The notes beneath the pieces were generated by a model. The model saw only the letters and a list, made by a program, of their open reading frames with translations, searched no databases and had not been told where the DNA came from. From Gnetum montanum (Eukaryota > Plantae > Gnetophyta), in the NCBI GenBank assembly GCA_015680685.1, contig MNCI01002585.1:390105-454104 (forward strand): 64,000 bases of DNA, in the 5' to 3' direction. Position 1 is the first letter of the stretch. Each line of letters opens with the position of its first letter. Positions 1-14,259 of this stretch are shown piece by piece. A program made the position numbers and the translations under genes.

Positions 1-351
1 AACGATTAGCGTTTGGTAGCCACAGTTGCATAGTTCAGGGTGTGTTCGATAAGTGGGAACGGATGCTGACGCTAGTTAAATTAGACTTAGGACATTAGTT
101 AGAGTTAGTTAGTTTCTCAACCCTTCCCTCATAGCTTAGGAGATAAACCGAAAAATACCAAAAAAATCATATACCTCAGACTTGCTTAACCATACACCAT
201 GACACATACAAGCAAGCTTGGGAAGACAACGAACAATTAACCCCAAGCGTTCCTTGTGGCGTTAAGGCATTTAGTCTGCGAAGTTCGACCGGATCGTGCA
301 TACACGCTCGTATTCGTATGGTTGAGTGTAGGGGTACCTTGCCACTCATCA
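1..351 (+). mobile_element. 3' part of an Athila-like LTR (3' LTR or solo LTR), ending ...CCACTCATCA
   Basis: 179-351 is near-identical to 35385-35557, and its end is the reverse complement of the LTR ends at 46531 and 54277 (TGATGRGTGGYGAGGTACCCCTACACTCAACC). No PBS follows. Confidence 0.85.
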
Positions 352-1750
352 AGGATAAAGACCATCCTTTAGCCAAGGATTTCTTAGAGGAGTGCCTTGA
401 TATCATGGAAGAACATTACTTTTCTTGGAACCTACTAGAGTTAGAAAACACTATGCCTAATGAGAGGTTTTCCCTTAATGGGGTAGAATATGCTAGGGTA
501 AGAGTTCTAAGAAAGGCCAGAGTTGACCAAGTAAGGGCAAGGAAGGAACAACAACAATAGTAACTACAAGAACAACTCAAGAACAAAAATTAAAGGAATT
601 ATAACATCAGCAGCTACTAGAATAATAGAGGCTAACGAAGCTACGAAAAGAGTCAAAACAATTATAGTAGCAATAATAGAAAGATGGGAAAAGCTCATCT
701 TGAGCCACGACTTTTCCATCTGGGTACTTAATTAAAGGAGTAGCTCGAGCTTTTAGGAATAGAGAAAAAGAAGGTTGAATCATATTGAGTCAAAAGTTCT
801 TCACTACACCAAAAACAAAAGCCAATGTAATCTTCTAGTACAAGGAAGATGATCCATAGATGGGGAAGCAAAAGCTTATAATGTCCCATCAAGAGATGTC
901 AAACACTATAGCCACATTGATCAAAGACATGGGAAAAGTAGCTTATAGCTAGATCGTTAAGCTCAAAGAATTTATCTTGTAAAATGAACAAGAAGTATAA
1001 AAGTTACAAGAGGAAGTTAAAGGATTAAGAGGTGAAAATGAGTAGCTCAAGGCAATAATAACCATCAAGGAATCACTACTTGAAAACAAGGAATATGCAA
1101 ATAAGTAGCTAGAACAAAGATTAGCTATTATGAACTCAGAGTATGAATAAGCAAGAAAAGGAAAAGCTCTGGACTACTATCATCTTGCTCTACAAAACTT
1201 TAAGGAAGTCATTACTAAGATTATAGTAAAGAATGCATGAATGAAATGAGAGAAGAACAAGCCATGTTCATATAGATGGATAGAAAGATTCAAGAATTGT
1301 GTGATCTAGCTAGAGTCAAAAGAAAGCTGATGCCTTAGTATTAGTAGGATTTCCTTGATACAATGATGATGTCAATTATGGGGATTATGCATGAAACTAC
1401 AAAGAAAAATTTTGTATCAGGGGTTGCATTGATTTAAATAAGTAATTTTATAAAAAAATTAGGCCTTGGAAAAAGTAACATTGAAGTAGTTATTAAGAAG
1501 CTTAATAGCTCTAAACTAGATTCAATGAATCAGGCTATTAAGACTCTTCTTAATCATGGCAAGTTGTCTCAGTAGTTAGTGATAGAAAGGCTTCACGTTT
1601 AGAGAATAGAAAAAATGTATCAAGAGGTGGAACAATTAGCTAATGGCTTGAAATTATATGAGAAGAATGTGAGGAAGTTGTAGCCTCAAAATTTTTCATT
1701 ATTGTAACTGTTGGAGGCTAATATAAAAAGCCTAGAGTAGATTTGTTAAA
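352..1750 (+). pseudogene. Decayed retrotransposon accessory ORF (coiled-coil rich), paralogue of 8230-9600
   Basis: DHPLAKDFLEECLDIMEEHYF..ERFSLNGVEYARVRV matches HPLAWDLSNEHLALLEENYF..EKFPLSGTKYARVKV at 8230-8380. DNA similarity continues for ~1.4 kb. Many stops. Confidence 0.65.
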
Positions 1751-2379
1751 GGAGGGAAATTTTTTTTTGGAAGATAAGAAAGATTATAAAGACTATTTTA
1801 TAATGGAATTTTAAAAAAGTTTTTATCTCTCTTTTATTTTTAATCCTTTAGCTATAATTTCTAGTTAAGTAGCTTTTATTTTTTGTCTAGCCTTAATATT
1901 GCATGACTACATATGAATGGATTGCTAGTTTTGAAATATGCTAGTTTCTCTACGAATAGAGGTTTAACATATTTATGTTATTTTGGTTGAATGAAATAGT
2001 GTTGATAAGTGTCAATTTTGAATTAGCTTAACACAGGAAACATTATCATCTTTACATGATTTTGAACTTTTTCAAATAATCTTTACACCTTAGTCTCTAC
2101 TCTATTTAGTAAAGCTTTTGTGGTCTAGCATTGGGAAGTTAGCTAACAGATAGTTTAGAATCTAAGATTGATATTTCCTATAAAACCATTCATTCAATAT
2201 ATATGTATGTTATGTAAGATTTAAAGCTACATTTAGAGTGAAAGCTATTTGATTTATTTAATTATGCTAAGAGATAACTAAAAGTGATATCCATTAGTCA
2301 TACACATGATAGTAATTCCTTATCAAGAATTTATTACCTTGTCAATTGATTTTTATTATTAAATACGCGTAGCCATATT

Positions 2380-3200
2380 GAGCTCATTAGAAACTAACAA
2401 AGGTTATTTGGAGGTATTTATGTCTTGGTGGTATCAAAAACTAGCACACACCTAAAAAGAGTTATTTAAGATATTCCTTGTGGTGGGATCATTGTCCTTC
2501 TATAACACTTTGGTTACTAATGATGACACGCCTTTCCAATTAGCTGAGTTTGTAAGATGGACTTTAGAGAAATCAATCTTGCTCTATTCATCCTCAAATT
2601 ATTATTGACAAAAAAAATAAAAATAAAAATGGTTTAGCAGAGTCCACAAATAAGAAGCTAATCTCTTATATCAAGCATTCTATGAATAATAATATAAGAA
2701 GATGGCATGAGCTTTTGCAAGGAGCCCTTTAGAATGATAGGATTAGGATTAAAAGATCTATAGGAACTACACTATTCAATTTGGTTTATGGGATTAATGC
2801 TCAAATAACTAATACAACTATATCTTCAATAGTATATTTTATGGAAAAATATAGCCCATGATTAGACAAGGAACATGTTGTGATGGCTTTCTTTTTAACA
2901 AGAGAAGATGAAATTGATGAAGCTTGAGATAAGCTCTTATAGAATGCAACATTGATGAAGAGATGATTTGATCATCAAGTGGGATGGATGACATTTAGAG
3001 AAGGAAACTTGATTTTGTTGTGGAGAGTTAAAGGGAAAAATAAAGCTAACAAATTCTTGGCTAGATGGATTGGACCATTAATAATTAAGCAACAAGTGGC
3101 TAAAAATACTTTCACGCTTGCTTTATTAGATGGACAACTGTTCAGCTTTTTGTTTAATCCTCTTCATTTAAAGCATTACTTAGGGAAACTTCCCACTTAG
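2380..3200 (+). pseudogene. Ty3/gypsy integrase C-terminal remnant
   Basis: Reads NGLAESTNKKLI...RWHELLQGAL...NLVYG and FREGNLILLW...KFLARWIGP...HLKHY (GPY/F region). Multiple stops. Confidence 0.8.
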
Positions 3201-4619
3201 AATAGCTTAATAATGGCTAACCAAATTTATAAATATGCACATAGTGTTTCATAACTAATTTTCTTAGGACTATTTAGAGAGTAGAACTTGAGCTATAAAA
3301 TATATAATCTTGTTATTTCATCAACAGTCATGGTTGGGAGATTGAGGCCAATAGTAAGAAGGAGAGTATTTGTAGATCCAAAGAAAGTAAAAATGAAAGT
3401 GAGGCCTTTTATCCCATAGTTATCTAGATGTTTTCCTAAGCATGTACATAGGATATATTATAGGGCCATCATGGATCATCTTATAATTTCCCATTTATGA
3501 CATAGGTCTTTGATGAATTTTCCATGCTTACGAATGGAAAGTCCATCCATGTTAGAAAATGGGTTGAGATTCTAGAATGCTCAGACCTTTCATTGAAGGA
3601 AACCTTTAATGAAGAGAGTCAAATTTAGAATTTTCAATTATGAGAATGTTTTAGTTAATTAGCATAAGAACAACATTAAAAGGAGGCTCAGAAACTTGGA
3701 AAAAGAACATGAAGAAGAAGAAGAACCTAAGAATGATAAAAGTTTGAAGGATCCCAAGGAAAAATAGGATTAGAATGGTCAAGTGCATAGCGATGCACCT
3801 ACTCAAGTAACAACTAAGCTTGAATATGATGAATCTTCAAAATGGAAATTTTTGAAAAAAATTATAATCATTTTACAATGCTGATTTATATCATTAGCTT
3901 AGATTTAGATTAGGCTATGTAAAGTATTGTAGGATTAGGATTTTTTCATCCTTGTTTAGCCTTAAGCTACAAAGGTTTTTCCCCACAAATATATTTAAGC
4001 TTTTACTTAACTTTTCTTATGTCTGTATATGAATGTTGCAAGAAAAAGGTTATGTTTATTTGGAAAAATTGTTGCACTAATTAGCCACTTTCATGGAACA
4101 ACATTGAACTTGAGTTATTAGGTGTGTTTCTGTGATATTCAATGATTTTTGAAGGATCGATTTACTTGCGTAGTAAGAATAAGCTAAGATTTTTTGTGCA
4201 AGATAAAGCCCTAAGCAGAGGTAAGTTTTTGAGAAAAGTTTCTGCATAAATTCTAGAAAGATTAGAATCATCTTGATCAAATATTCTTTAAATGAATGAT
4301 GTTAAAGTCGAATGGACAACAATTTTACTTCATTGATCATATAAGCTCATGAGATTTCAGTGAGTTAGATGAGCTAGCGTTTCAAATTAATATCATGTAG
4401 AAATAATTGAATTAGCTATCAAAGAGAGAGCTTATATGAGTTTAACTAGGCTCAAGAGTAAGCTCTTTCTTAGTCGAAATAAAATTGTTGAGAATGGATT
4501 CACAAAGCTTAAGAATTAATTCCATCTCGATATTAGATCAGCATTGGGACAAATAGTTGAGCACAGAAAGAAACATTCATTTTAAAGAAAGGGTCTAATT
4601 TAAATCTAAAGAAAGGATT

Positions 4620-6410
4620 TGTGACATACACTTGCCACATCAGCTCATAGAGGAGCCTCATAGGACCAAACAGAGATTCTACAAGATGATTCTACTCAAC
4701 TTAGCTTCATGGGATATAGGCATAACGAAAGGCTGAAATTAGCTTTATATGAATCTGCTATGACATGTAAGCTATTGAATGAAGTGAGTTCGTAGAGCCA
4801 AGACTTTTTTTACAAAAGAATGTGAAAATGATTATGCAAAGTTAGCTCTATTTAGATGGAAAGATTAGTTAGGTTTCAAAATGGCTTGACAAGAAATGCA
4901 CTTATTAGTTCTACCACATCAGCTCTAGAGAGAGGATAATGTTCATAGAACCAAAGTTTGGCTCTACAAAGCAAGCATGGAAAAGCTTTACCATGTCAGC
5001 TTCAGAGTAAGAGCATCGCTCGTAGAGCTAAGATTTAGTTCTATTAGCCAATACATAAAACATTCTACCACGTTAGCTTCTTTGTAGAACAAATAGGGAG
5101 AAGGTGATCTCGATTTTATGACAGGATTAAAATCATTTCTAAAAGCAACATCATTTGAGTGTATTGGAATAAGCTTGTATACAAAACTTGAATTTAGCTC
5201 TATAAGCGAGCATGAAAATGGTTCTACCACATGAGCCCATAAAACTAGTTTATAAATTGAAACTCAACCCTATGAAGAAGTTTTAAATTAGCTTTGCCAT
5301 GTTAGAATTCATAAAGAGAAAATTCATAGACCTAAAAAGTGTCTCTATAAAATGGTTTTATGAATAGATAAACTACCTACCAAGCGCACATTCGAAGCTT
5401 TAAAAATAGTCAACCCTTATTTCCACATTAGCTTGTAGACCTAGCTTATGAAGTCAAAATTCAACTCTATGAACAAATCTAAAATTTGGCTTTATAACCA
5501 AATTAGCTTTGGAAGGTTAATAAGCTCATAAGGATGGACCTTGAGTAAACTCTGTCACATAAGCTATTTCGTAAGGAAGGTTCATAGATCCAAAATCTAG
5601 TTTTATAAAGAAAGGCTAAAATGGGTCTACAAGTTAGTGCATGAGCACTCCTACCACATCAGCTCTTTTATAGAATGGGTTCACAGAACAAAAATTTAGT
5701 TCTATAATCAATCCACTTTTTAGTTCTACCACGTCAACTTTGAAAACTCAATAAGTTTATAAAGTCAAAAGAGTTAGTTCTAAAATAACTTTTTAAGAAA
5801 CATTGCCATGTTAGCTTTTATGTAGTGCAAATTTGAAGAACCAAAAATTGGCTCTTCGAATGAGCTACAAAATGATTTTACGAGCCATTTAAGTGCCAAA
5901 GTATAAGGTTGGACATGGGGCTTACTACATATTATTTTGCACATGGAAAATTATGATTTTAACCCAGCTCCAAGGATATAAAAGAACTCAAAAGTCTTGA
6001 AAACTCAAGATTGAAGAAAAGCTCATAAAACCAAAAAGTAATTCTATGAATTGGCTTTACGAGCAAGCTACAAAGCCATTTTACCATGTTAGCTCCCTTG
6101 TAGAGCAAGTTCATAGAGTAGGAAAATGGTTCTATAAAAAAATTTGAAATAGTTATATAAGCCATGTCAAAACTCATCTCAGGCCCACAAAAAGATACAA
6201 TTTTAATTTATGCACATGAGTGTAAAATTTTTAATCTAGCATAGTAAGTTACAAAGAGCATGGAACAACATGTAGAACCAAAAATTGGTTCTACAAAGGA
6301 GCTTGAATTCTCTCTACCATGTTAGCTCCCTTATAGAATGAGTTTAAAGAACATGAAAAAGGTTCTACAAGGATGTTTCAGAAACATTCTTTCATGTCAA
6401 CTTTATCTTA
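4620..6410 (+). repeat. Degenerate tandem array (~75-80 bp unit) with core CTRCCAYRTYAGCT
   Basis: Core recurs at ~4632, 4911, 4989, 5066, 5223, 5651, 5726, 5804, 6082 and 6314, often followed by ...CATAGAACCAAAA. Confidence 0.65.
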
Positions 6411-6899
6411 TCAAGCCAAAAATTAAAAAGGAATTATGGGTTAAGAGAAGAGATTAAGTGTTTAGCTTTCAAAACCCATAAGATATAAATAACATTAAAA
6501 GGATAGCTCAATATCATCAAAGCATATCAAAGGAAAATTTGTATAGCTTGCCCCCCAAGCAAATAAATTAAAAGATGAGGCTCTGTGTATTAATAAATAA
6601 TCTTAGGATAGATTTCAAGCTATAGAGAAATTGACAATTAGAGCTGAGAATTGAGCAAGGTTGCCATTGAAGCAAAAGAAAACATTTTTGAGGTCCTATT
6701 TTTTTTTGCAATCAAGCTAAAATGTATCACAAGAAAAGGGAAGAAGCATCCCAGAAGTTTCAAAATTTCGACACTTGATGTTTTCTTGGATTATTTGTAG
6801 TAATTCAAGCTAAATATTTACTAGCTTTGGCAATGGATTAACATCATGTAGGTTGAATTAGAAGTAGAAGAAAGTGATATTTTTATATTTGATAAAGAT

Positions 6900-9600
6900 C
6901 ATGATTTGGTGGAAAAAATAGGACTTAGTAGTGGAGGACTAGCGTGAAATATACAAGAAAATAGGCCTTCACAAGCTTGGTTTTAGGTTGAGGGCAAACA
7001 TTATCAAAGATGTCTTGAATCACCTAATAGTAGAGATTGTGTATGAAAAAGATAAGCTTCATTTCAAAAGAACCACAGAGCATTATATTAATATTAGTGT
7101 TAAGAAGGCCTATGAGCTCTATGATATAATAGAGTCCAACATTATAGAAATAGAAGCTCACTAGTATAACAAAGATGTACTTAGTGAAAAATTTTGGGCT
7201 CACCCTGAGACTGGGAAGACCATTAGGCTCCCTTTGACTAATTTAGCAAAAGCTTGGGGATACTAGAATGTCATTTCAAAAGTTTCAGAACTCAAATTTC
7301 CCCATAGAATTTTTATTTTAGCATTGAATTTTTTTATTGGTCAAGAAATTAATTCAGTTGTATATTTTCATGTCTAGGCTTGGATAGCCTCAAAAAATAA
7401 AAAATCTTTCTTCCTTGTACAATATATGAATGATGTATTATAGAGAAGCTTGGTCAAAATTCAAGAATAAGAGACTTAGCTAAGTCTATGTTTTTTTTGA
7501 TGGATTTTTTATTAAGTGAAGTCCTTGACCCTAAAAGAACATTACCAATTTTTGTTGGCTACATAATACAAAGAAGAGCTTATCTTGAAGACCCTTGTTA
7601 TGATTTCTTTCCAGCCATTTATCAAAGAAGGTACTTTGACTCTTAAGCTTTAGAATTTTTGATGAATTGTATGTACTCTTATTTGATTAAGTTTATTTTT
7701 GGATTCTTCTAACCAAGATATAATCAACAAGTTATTAATGAAATAAAGAACAAATGTCATGGAGCTATCCTTTTGCATGCTTGGTACACTCAGATGCTGA
7801 TAGCTGGTTTTGAAGGAAAAGCTTTGAAATTGACTTGATTTGGGGTTCCTTATCCAGTAGTGTTGGATGTTGGAAGGTAAATGGGGAAAAGTTCCTTAAC
7901 TCATGATTAGAACCATAAAGAGGTATTTCCTTTAAAATTTGGCTTCTGGGCATTGATCAATGTATGGCATATAAGAGGAATGACAAGGAGATACAAGGAG
8001 TAATGTGATTTTAGGAGCCTTAAGGAGAATATATTCAACTACTAGGATAAGGAAAGTTCATTAGTTTGATGAAATAAATGTGGTTTATTTGAAAGTTACA
8101 AATAGAGAAGTGAACCAAGTTAGAGACGATACTCCAGAATAGCTTAAGAGAAATTTATCAGTAAAACTCCCATCCTCTCCCTGTGATTGACTAGATATTA
8201 AAGTTTGTAGATTGATAGATAGTAGAAATCACCATTTAGCATGGGATTTATCTAATGAACACTTAGCATTATTAGAAGAAAATTATTTTTGTTAGAAGTT
8301 ATTAGACCCAAAAGAGGCTATGCTTGATGAAAAGTTTCCACTCAGTGGTACAAAATATGCAAGAGTGAAAGTAGCTAGAAGAATAACACTGGAAAGAATA
8401 AGAATTAATAATGAGCTAAAGAGGCAACAACTACAAGAGCAATAAAGGTTGAAAGAGTTGCATCAACAAAATCTACTAGAGCAGTAGAAACAAATAGAGC
8501 TACAATAACAATAATAATAGTAGAAGGAAGAAAAAAGCTTGTCATTCAGTTTCATTTTTCTCAATTTTTCTTTTGGTTACTTAATTAAAAGAGTAGCATG
8601 AGCTTTTAGAGTCAAAGAAAAAGAAGGACAAATCAAATTAAGTCAAAAGATTTCTACTAAGCTAAAAATAGAAGCGAGTGTTATCTTCTAGTACAAAGAA
8701 GACAATCCACAAACAGGGAAATAGAAGCTTGTGATGTCCCATAAAGACATGTAAAAATCCATAGCTACTTTGATAAGAGACATGGAACAATTAGCTGACA
8801 ATCAGGTAGCCAAACTCAAAAGAATTTCTCTTATAGAATGAATAAGAGACATAAAATTTATGAGAAGGAATAAAAGGATTAAAAGAAGAGAATGAGTAGT
8901 TGAAGGTAATAATCACCATTAAAGAATTGCTACTTGAAAATAAGAACTATGTAGATGTACAATTACAAAAAAAGTTAGCAATCATAAGTTCAGATCTAGA
9001 ATAAGCTAGAAAGGGAAAAGTTCTAAATTACTCTCATCTTACTCTACCAAGTTTTAAGGAAGCTATCACTAAGATTATAGTAAAGAATGGATGAATGAAA
9101 CAAGGAAAGAAATCATAAAGATGAGAGAAAAATAATACATGTTTTTATATATGGAAAGAAAGCCTTAAGAATTATACGATCTAACTAGAGCCAAAAGATA
9201 GCTACAACCCCAGAATAAATAGAGTTTCCTAGATATGATGATTATGATGGTTATGGAATTGATAAATAAAACTGTTAGGAGCAATTTGGAATTTGAACAA
9301 GCTTGTTCTTGTGTAAGGGTTGCATTAACTAAAATAAATAATTCTATAATAGAATCAAGATTAAGAGAAAACAATGTTGAAGAAGTTATTAAGAAGCTTG
9401 ATAGTGTTGAACTAGATTCAATGAATCAAGCTATTAAAGTTCTTTTTGAGGTATCAATACAGGGACTATAGGTTCAAAGAATAGGAAAAATTTGTTAAGA
9501 GGTTGAATAGTTATCTAACAATTTAAAATTATATGAGAAGAATGTAAGATAGTTGTAGCCTTAAATTTATAACAATTTTAATTGCCAAAGTTTGCTATCT
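6900..9600 (+). pseudogene. Decayed long accessory ORF downstream of integrase (Gln/Glu/Lys-rich coiled-coil C-terminus)
   Basis: Coding-like, stop-riddled sequence; ORF fragment 9235-9471; the 3' half is paralogous to 352-1750. Confidence 0.55.
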
Positions 9601-9965
9601 AAAGCTGAGAGTAGATTTTTTAAGCTAACAGTTATTAATAGAGGAACTCTAAGTTCAAAGAATAGGAAAAATTTGTCAAGAGATTGAATAGTTAGCTAAC
9701 AGTTTATAATTATATGAGAAGAATGTGAGGTAGCTATAGTCTCAAATATTATAACAATTGAAATTGTCAAAGGCTGCTATATAAAGCCCAGAGTAAATTT
9801 TTTAAGTTAACAATCATCAATAGAGGAACTCCGGGTTCAAAGAATAGGAAAAATTTGTCAAGAGGATGAACAATTAGTTAATAGTTTATAATTATATAAG
9901 AAGAAAGTGAGACAACTATAGCCTTAAATATTGTAATAACTATAACTACCTAGAGGCTATTATAT
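9455..9965 (+). repeat. ~181-bp tandem repeat, about 2.7 copies
   Basis: GTTCAAAGAATAGGAAAAATTTG at 9472, 9653 and 9835, with the rest of each unit alignable. Confidence 0.9.
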
Positions 9966-10049
9966 AAGATCTTTAAGCTATTCTTGGTAACAAAGACTTT
10001 TCTCTTGGTGTCTCTTGTAGTGCTTGCTTACCTTTAGCTTTCTACTTGT

Positions 10050-11300
10050 TGAGGATAGCTTACATATTTTTTTCATTTGTCCATGGATGCTTGATATTCC
10101 AAGCAAGCTTGGCTAAATCAAGTATGAGTGGAACATCCAAAAAATAGGATAGAGTTGGAAACATCTTATTAGTATTATCATATTACGTGGTAAACATGGT
10201 TTGCTTCAACTTGAGCATTGCTACACAGTTCTTACATGTTTGGTAGTGTATCATATTCCTTGTAAGATTCTCAACAACATATTTTTGATTGATGAATTTG
10301 GTTTGTAGAATCCTTAATTCAGCATTAGTAGCTTGAAGCTTTTCTTTAGTTTGATCATGAACCTAACATTCATGATCGAACAATGAGATCATGGTTGTAA
10401 GCTCATTTTCTAGATCACTATGGGGTCTTCCAAGTGTAAGCACAACCAAGTTAGAATAGTATAGATTAGTTAATTTTAGATAGTGGGTTAGGTCCTAAAT
10501 ATGTAGCTTCCTTACTCTTACCTTTGCTTATCCAGTTATGTTTACCACAGCTAGAGCACTTATTCATGTGATTATGCTTTATTGTTATAAGAAAACATCA
10601 AGTTTGGCCTTAGCTACTATGATATCCTTCTAGTTGATTTCTTTCTATAGCCCTACTTGATTATTTTATTGGTTTTTGATATTCTCATATCACTTTTCCT
10701 TGTTCTTCCAAGTTGCAATTTCAATGATGATCTTTCATCAGAATAGCATGACATCTTGCATGGATAAGTTGTAGTTCTCCCTAGCCAATCATGATATCTA
10801 AAAATTTACTTTGGTTTATTCTTCATGAGTTTGGTAGAGATGCATTTCTAATGCATCCCTTTCCTTTTTAATAGCTTCTAGCCTCCAATTTTTAGCAACC
10901 ATCAACTTGTTTTTTCCCTCTAGTATTATGATGATTTCTAGGAGAGTATATGATTCTATCCTTATTTAGGAGGCATATGATTATACCCTTATTTGGAAGG
11001 CATTCCAAGTTTTTTACTCTTTTTTATCAAATCGATCATAAGGATAAAAAATATTTTTCCCACTAGGATCAATATCAAAATTATGATTATATTTCTATAG
11101 GTTTATATTGTGATTTCATTCTTTATAAGAATTGAATCATTGTTGATCCATTTGGTTAGAGTGAAAAACTTATGTGAAATGGATTCATCAATATCTTGTG
11201 GGCTCTATCATTTGTACTACATTCTTCTAAATTTACATTTGTGTAATCTTTTTAATCATTATTTCATCATCTAGGAATACGAATTTACTTAATACATTAG
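10050..11300 (-). pseudogene. Possible gag-like remnant
   Basis: Minus-strand fragments NKCSSCGKHNW (knuckle-like, ~10530-10565) and a 24-bp GYNHMPP-like repeat near 10950-11000. Very degraded. Confidence 0.3.
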
Positions 11301-11403
11301 TTATAAGCTTTTCATTATTCATGAAAATATTGGACAAAACAAATAATTGTATAATAATTTATTCTATCTTTCTCTTAGCATGATATATATTCTTATTGGC
11401 AGG

Positions 11404-12275
11404 TGATGAGCAGTTGGGTATTTTAACACTCAACCTTACAAGTCATGAGTGTTCACATGTGAGTCGATTGTAATATATGGATGGATAATGTAAATATACT
11501 AGTAGTTGATGTTCTATTTGTAATCATTATATTCTCACATAGAGTTAGTGAAGTGCAAGTTGTATGGTTTAACTCTTATTGAGATATATGATATGATGAT
11601 GTTGTTTGGCTTGAATTAAGACTAAATGCGGTCATGGTAAAAAGGATGATAAAGTCAAAGCTAAGTATGACAGAAATGTAAATCTATTCTAGTTTATGGT
11701 GATAAGTATTCATTCCTAGCTTGTTGTACACATCTTGGGCTAATGCAATTTCCATTGGGATTACAATTAAATTTACTATTGATCAAATTAAGTAAGGTCA
11801 CCATTGGATTATCAAAGAGTTAAAGGTTATGCTTGAAACCAATTGTACTTATACTACCTTACTAAAGAACATTGGAAAAATAAAGTACTTAAAAAATGTA
11901 AAGGACTTCATCAAAGGAAACATGCTTAAAAGTAAAATTAAACTAAATGAGATGCTACAATGGTGAGAAACAATCTTGATCTTTATTGTCGATCATAAAT
12001 TGTATCCAAGAATAATCCAATCAAATAAAAACTTCATACAACTATTAATCATCACAATGTGGGCATTTACTCTAATTCTAAGTTATGAAAATAATCTACA
12101 AAAATTTGGCCAAGTGTTCGGAAAAGTTATTCTGTTGTCATGATGGTGGATTGATATTTATAGGCATGAACATGGCCCACTACATTGCATCTATGATGAT
12201 GTATGTAAAGTTACCATGTCATAACTATAATATCATAGATACGGTATCGCAGGGTACATAACAAAGGTTTTATCA
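11404..12275 (-). mobile_element. 3' LTR of an older Athila-like element (same broad family as D)
   Basis: TGATGAG...TATCA termini. Internal blocks such as ACACTCAACC and GTACACATCTTGGGC match LTR 46531-47323. The adjacent TATCCCCTCAACT is the minus-strand PPT, as at 47324. Confidence 0.8.
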
Positions 12276-12539
12276 TATCCCCTCAACTAATTGAAAACTT
12301 GTCCTTGAGTTAAAACAAAAGGAGGATAGAGTTTCTTTGCAAAATTGATGGGGTTATATATAGACTATGATACTATGACATATACATGATTGACTCTATT
12401 ATGAATGCCACATTGTGATTCAAGTGGTGTTTACAAAATTATCATGCATTGCATGATTGATACATATGACAAAAATGAATCAAAACAAAACAAATTAAAA
12501 TAAGTTTGATGTAGTCTTTAGGTTCCAAGTGGTGATAGC

Positions 12540-14256
12540 TCCTCCATTAACTTCTTTCCTTTGACGTTGGGCTTCTAAAATTGGTTTCTGCTGAGTAATA
12601 ATTGAAGCTTCTCTTCCTTTAACCTTGGATCATGTACCATCTTGGTGAATTCTATAATGTTTGTTGGAGTTGGCACTTTTCATGGGCATGACAACTAAGA
12701 GAATATTTTATTGACCTTCACATACTAAGCCGCAAACTACTTTCTTTCTTCTTCAAATGCTTAAGTTATCTTTCTTAATTTTTGATAGTTGATCATTCTC
12801 ATAGCTAGATTTGTTGCTACATCCTTTTAATCCTAGTAGCTAGCTTTGATCACTTAGAACTTGGAGTTTACAATGTGAAGCTTTTTTTGCACATCCTTTT
12901 GCTCTATAAGCTCTTTCTCATATAATGCATATACTATTTCCACTTGTTTCTCTAGTTCTGTTTTGGACCTACATGTAATTAAAATGGATAGATTTTCATA
13001 TTAGAGATTTGCTAATACCATGTATTCCATCAAATCATCATTTGCAGGTCCTTGTTCTTAATCTCAACTTAGTACACATCGACAAGATTGTCTAGGATAG
13101 GCTACCAATTAGGTGTTTGTGTTGTGATGGACCTGATCTTGGCGTTGGCCACTTGGATTTCTTTTTCATTGACATGCTTGTACATGCCCACTTGATCCTT
13201 AAAGTGCTCCTTCATCCATTTATGTTTATTAACCTTATTTTTCCATGTGGTGATTTTAATGGTTGACTTTTTTCGTATTACATATACTTTCTGCATTGAT
13301 ATGGTTCTATTTTCTCTAGCCAATTTTCTTATGTCAAGGGTGACTTTGGCAAAATTCTCTCATAGTTGATGAATGCTTTATTTTAGCATATTGTTTTATT
13401 TCTTAATGTTGATCAATCTTATATTTTCTACAATAATTTTCTTGTTTTCTTCTTCCAAGGTAGTTAAGGTGTTAGTAAGGACGTAGGTTTGTGCTTCTGC
13501 TATTAAGACATTTCATGTTGCCTTTTCTTTTCCATCTCCATTTAGGTGTATTTGGCCATTGGTTGGCTATCTATTTGGTTCTAAATTGTTTTAGCTAGTC
13601 TAACATAATGTATAATGCAAGGTCTTGCCTTTCTTCCCTTAATGTAGCCAATTCTACTTATAGCCCTTGCACCTTATTTTTAGTATGCTCCATTTTGGTT
13701 TCTGCCATGACCAGGTTGCCCTTGATAAATCAATTTTAACTATACTATAATAATATCACTTGGGATATCAAAGAGGTTCTAAATGACTTGTCTAGTCTAT
13801 AATAGTTAGTCTAGGATGTGCTCATGCTCTTCTGGGGTCATGGAGGTTCCAGCTATAGACTCTATGTTTTTGGTTTTTGTAATATTGGCTAGTGAGAATA
13901 TTGAAAGATTTTTTAATATGATCCATGATAACCTCTATTGCTCTTGATACATCCTAGTGTTGCATAACCATCATTGTCACTTCTTCTCCTATTTCTAACA
14001 TTACTTGGAAAGATGTAGCATTCCCTGATATCTATTATGCCCAGTCTTCATCCTCTCTTGCTTGTAATGAGATCTAGCCACCTGTGGATCTTGTTGATAC
14101 TATAGGATTACTTAGATTTTTTCTTGCTCTATACATACTAGAGACCTCTATGCTTCCCCAGCTTATTATTTTGGCTCTTTGTTGTAAATGGTTCATTAAA
14201 GGTTTGTAGTCTTGCTGTGTTAATGGAGTGCTTGGCCTTAGTATATTAGTAGCCAA
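12540..14256 (-). pseudogene. Decayed Athila-like ORF2, homologous to 47497-49217
   Basis: ARENRTISMQKV...KEHFKDQVGMYK matches ARENQTLSMKEV...KEHFWDQVGMYK at ~48170-48330. The ISGNA(T/A)SFQV block is shared (~14010 vs ~49030). Confidence 0.8.
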
Positions 14257-14259
14257 TGG

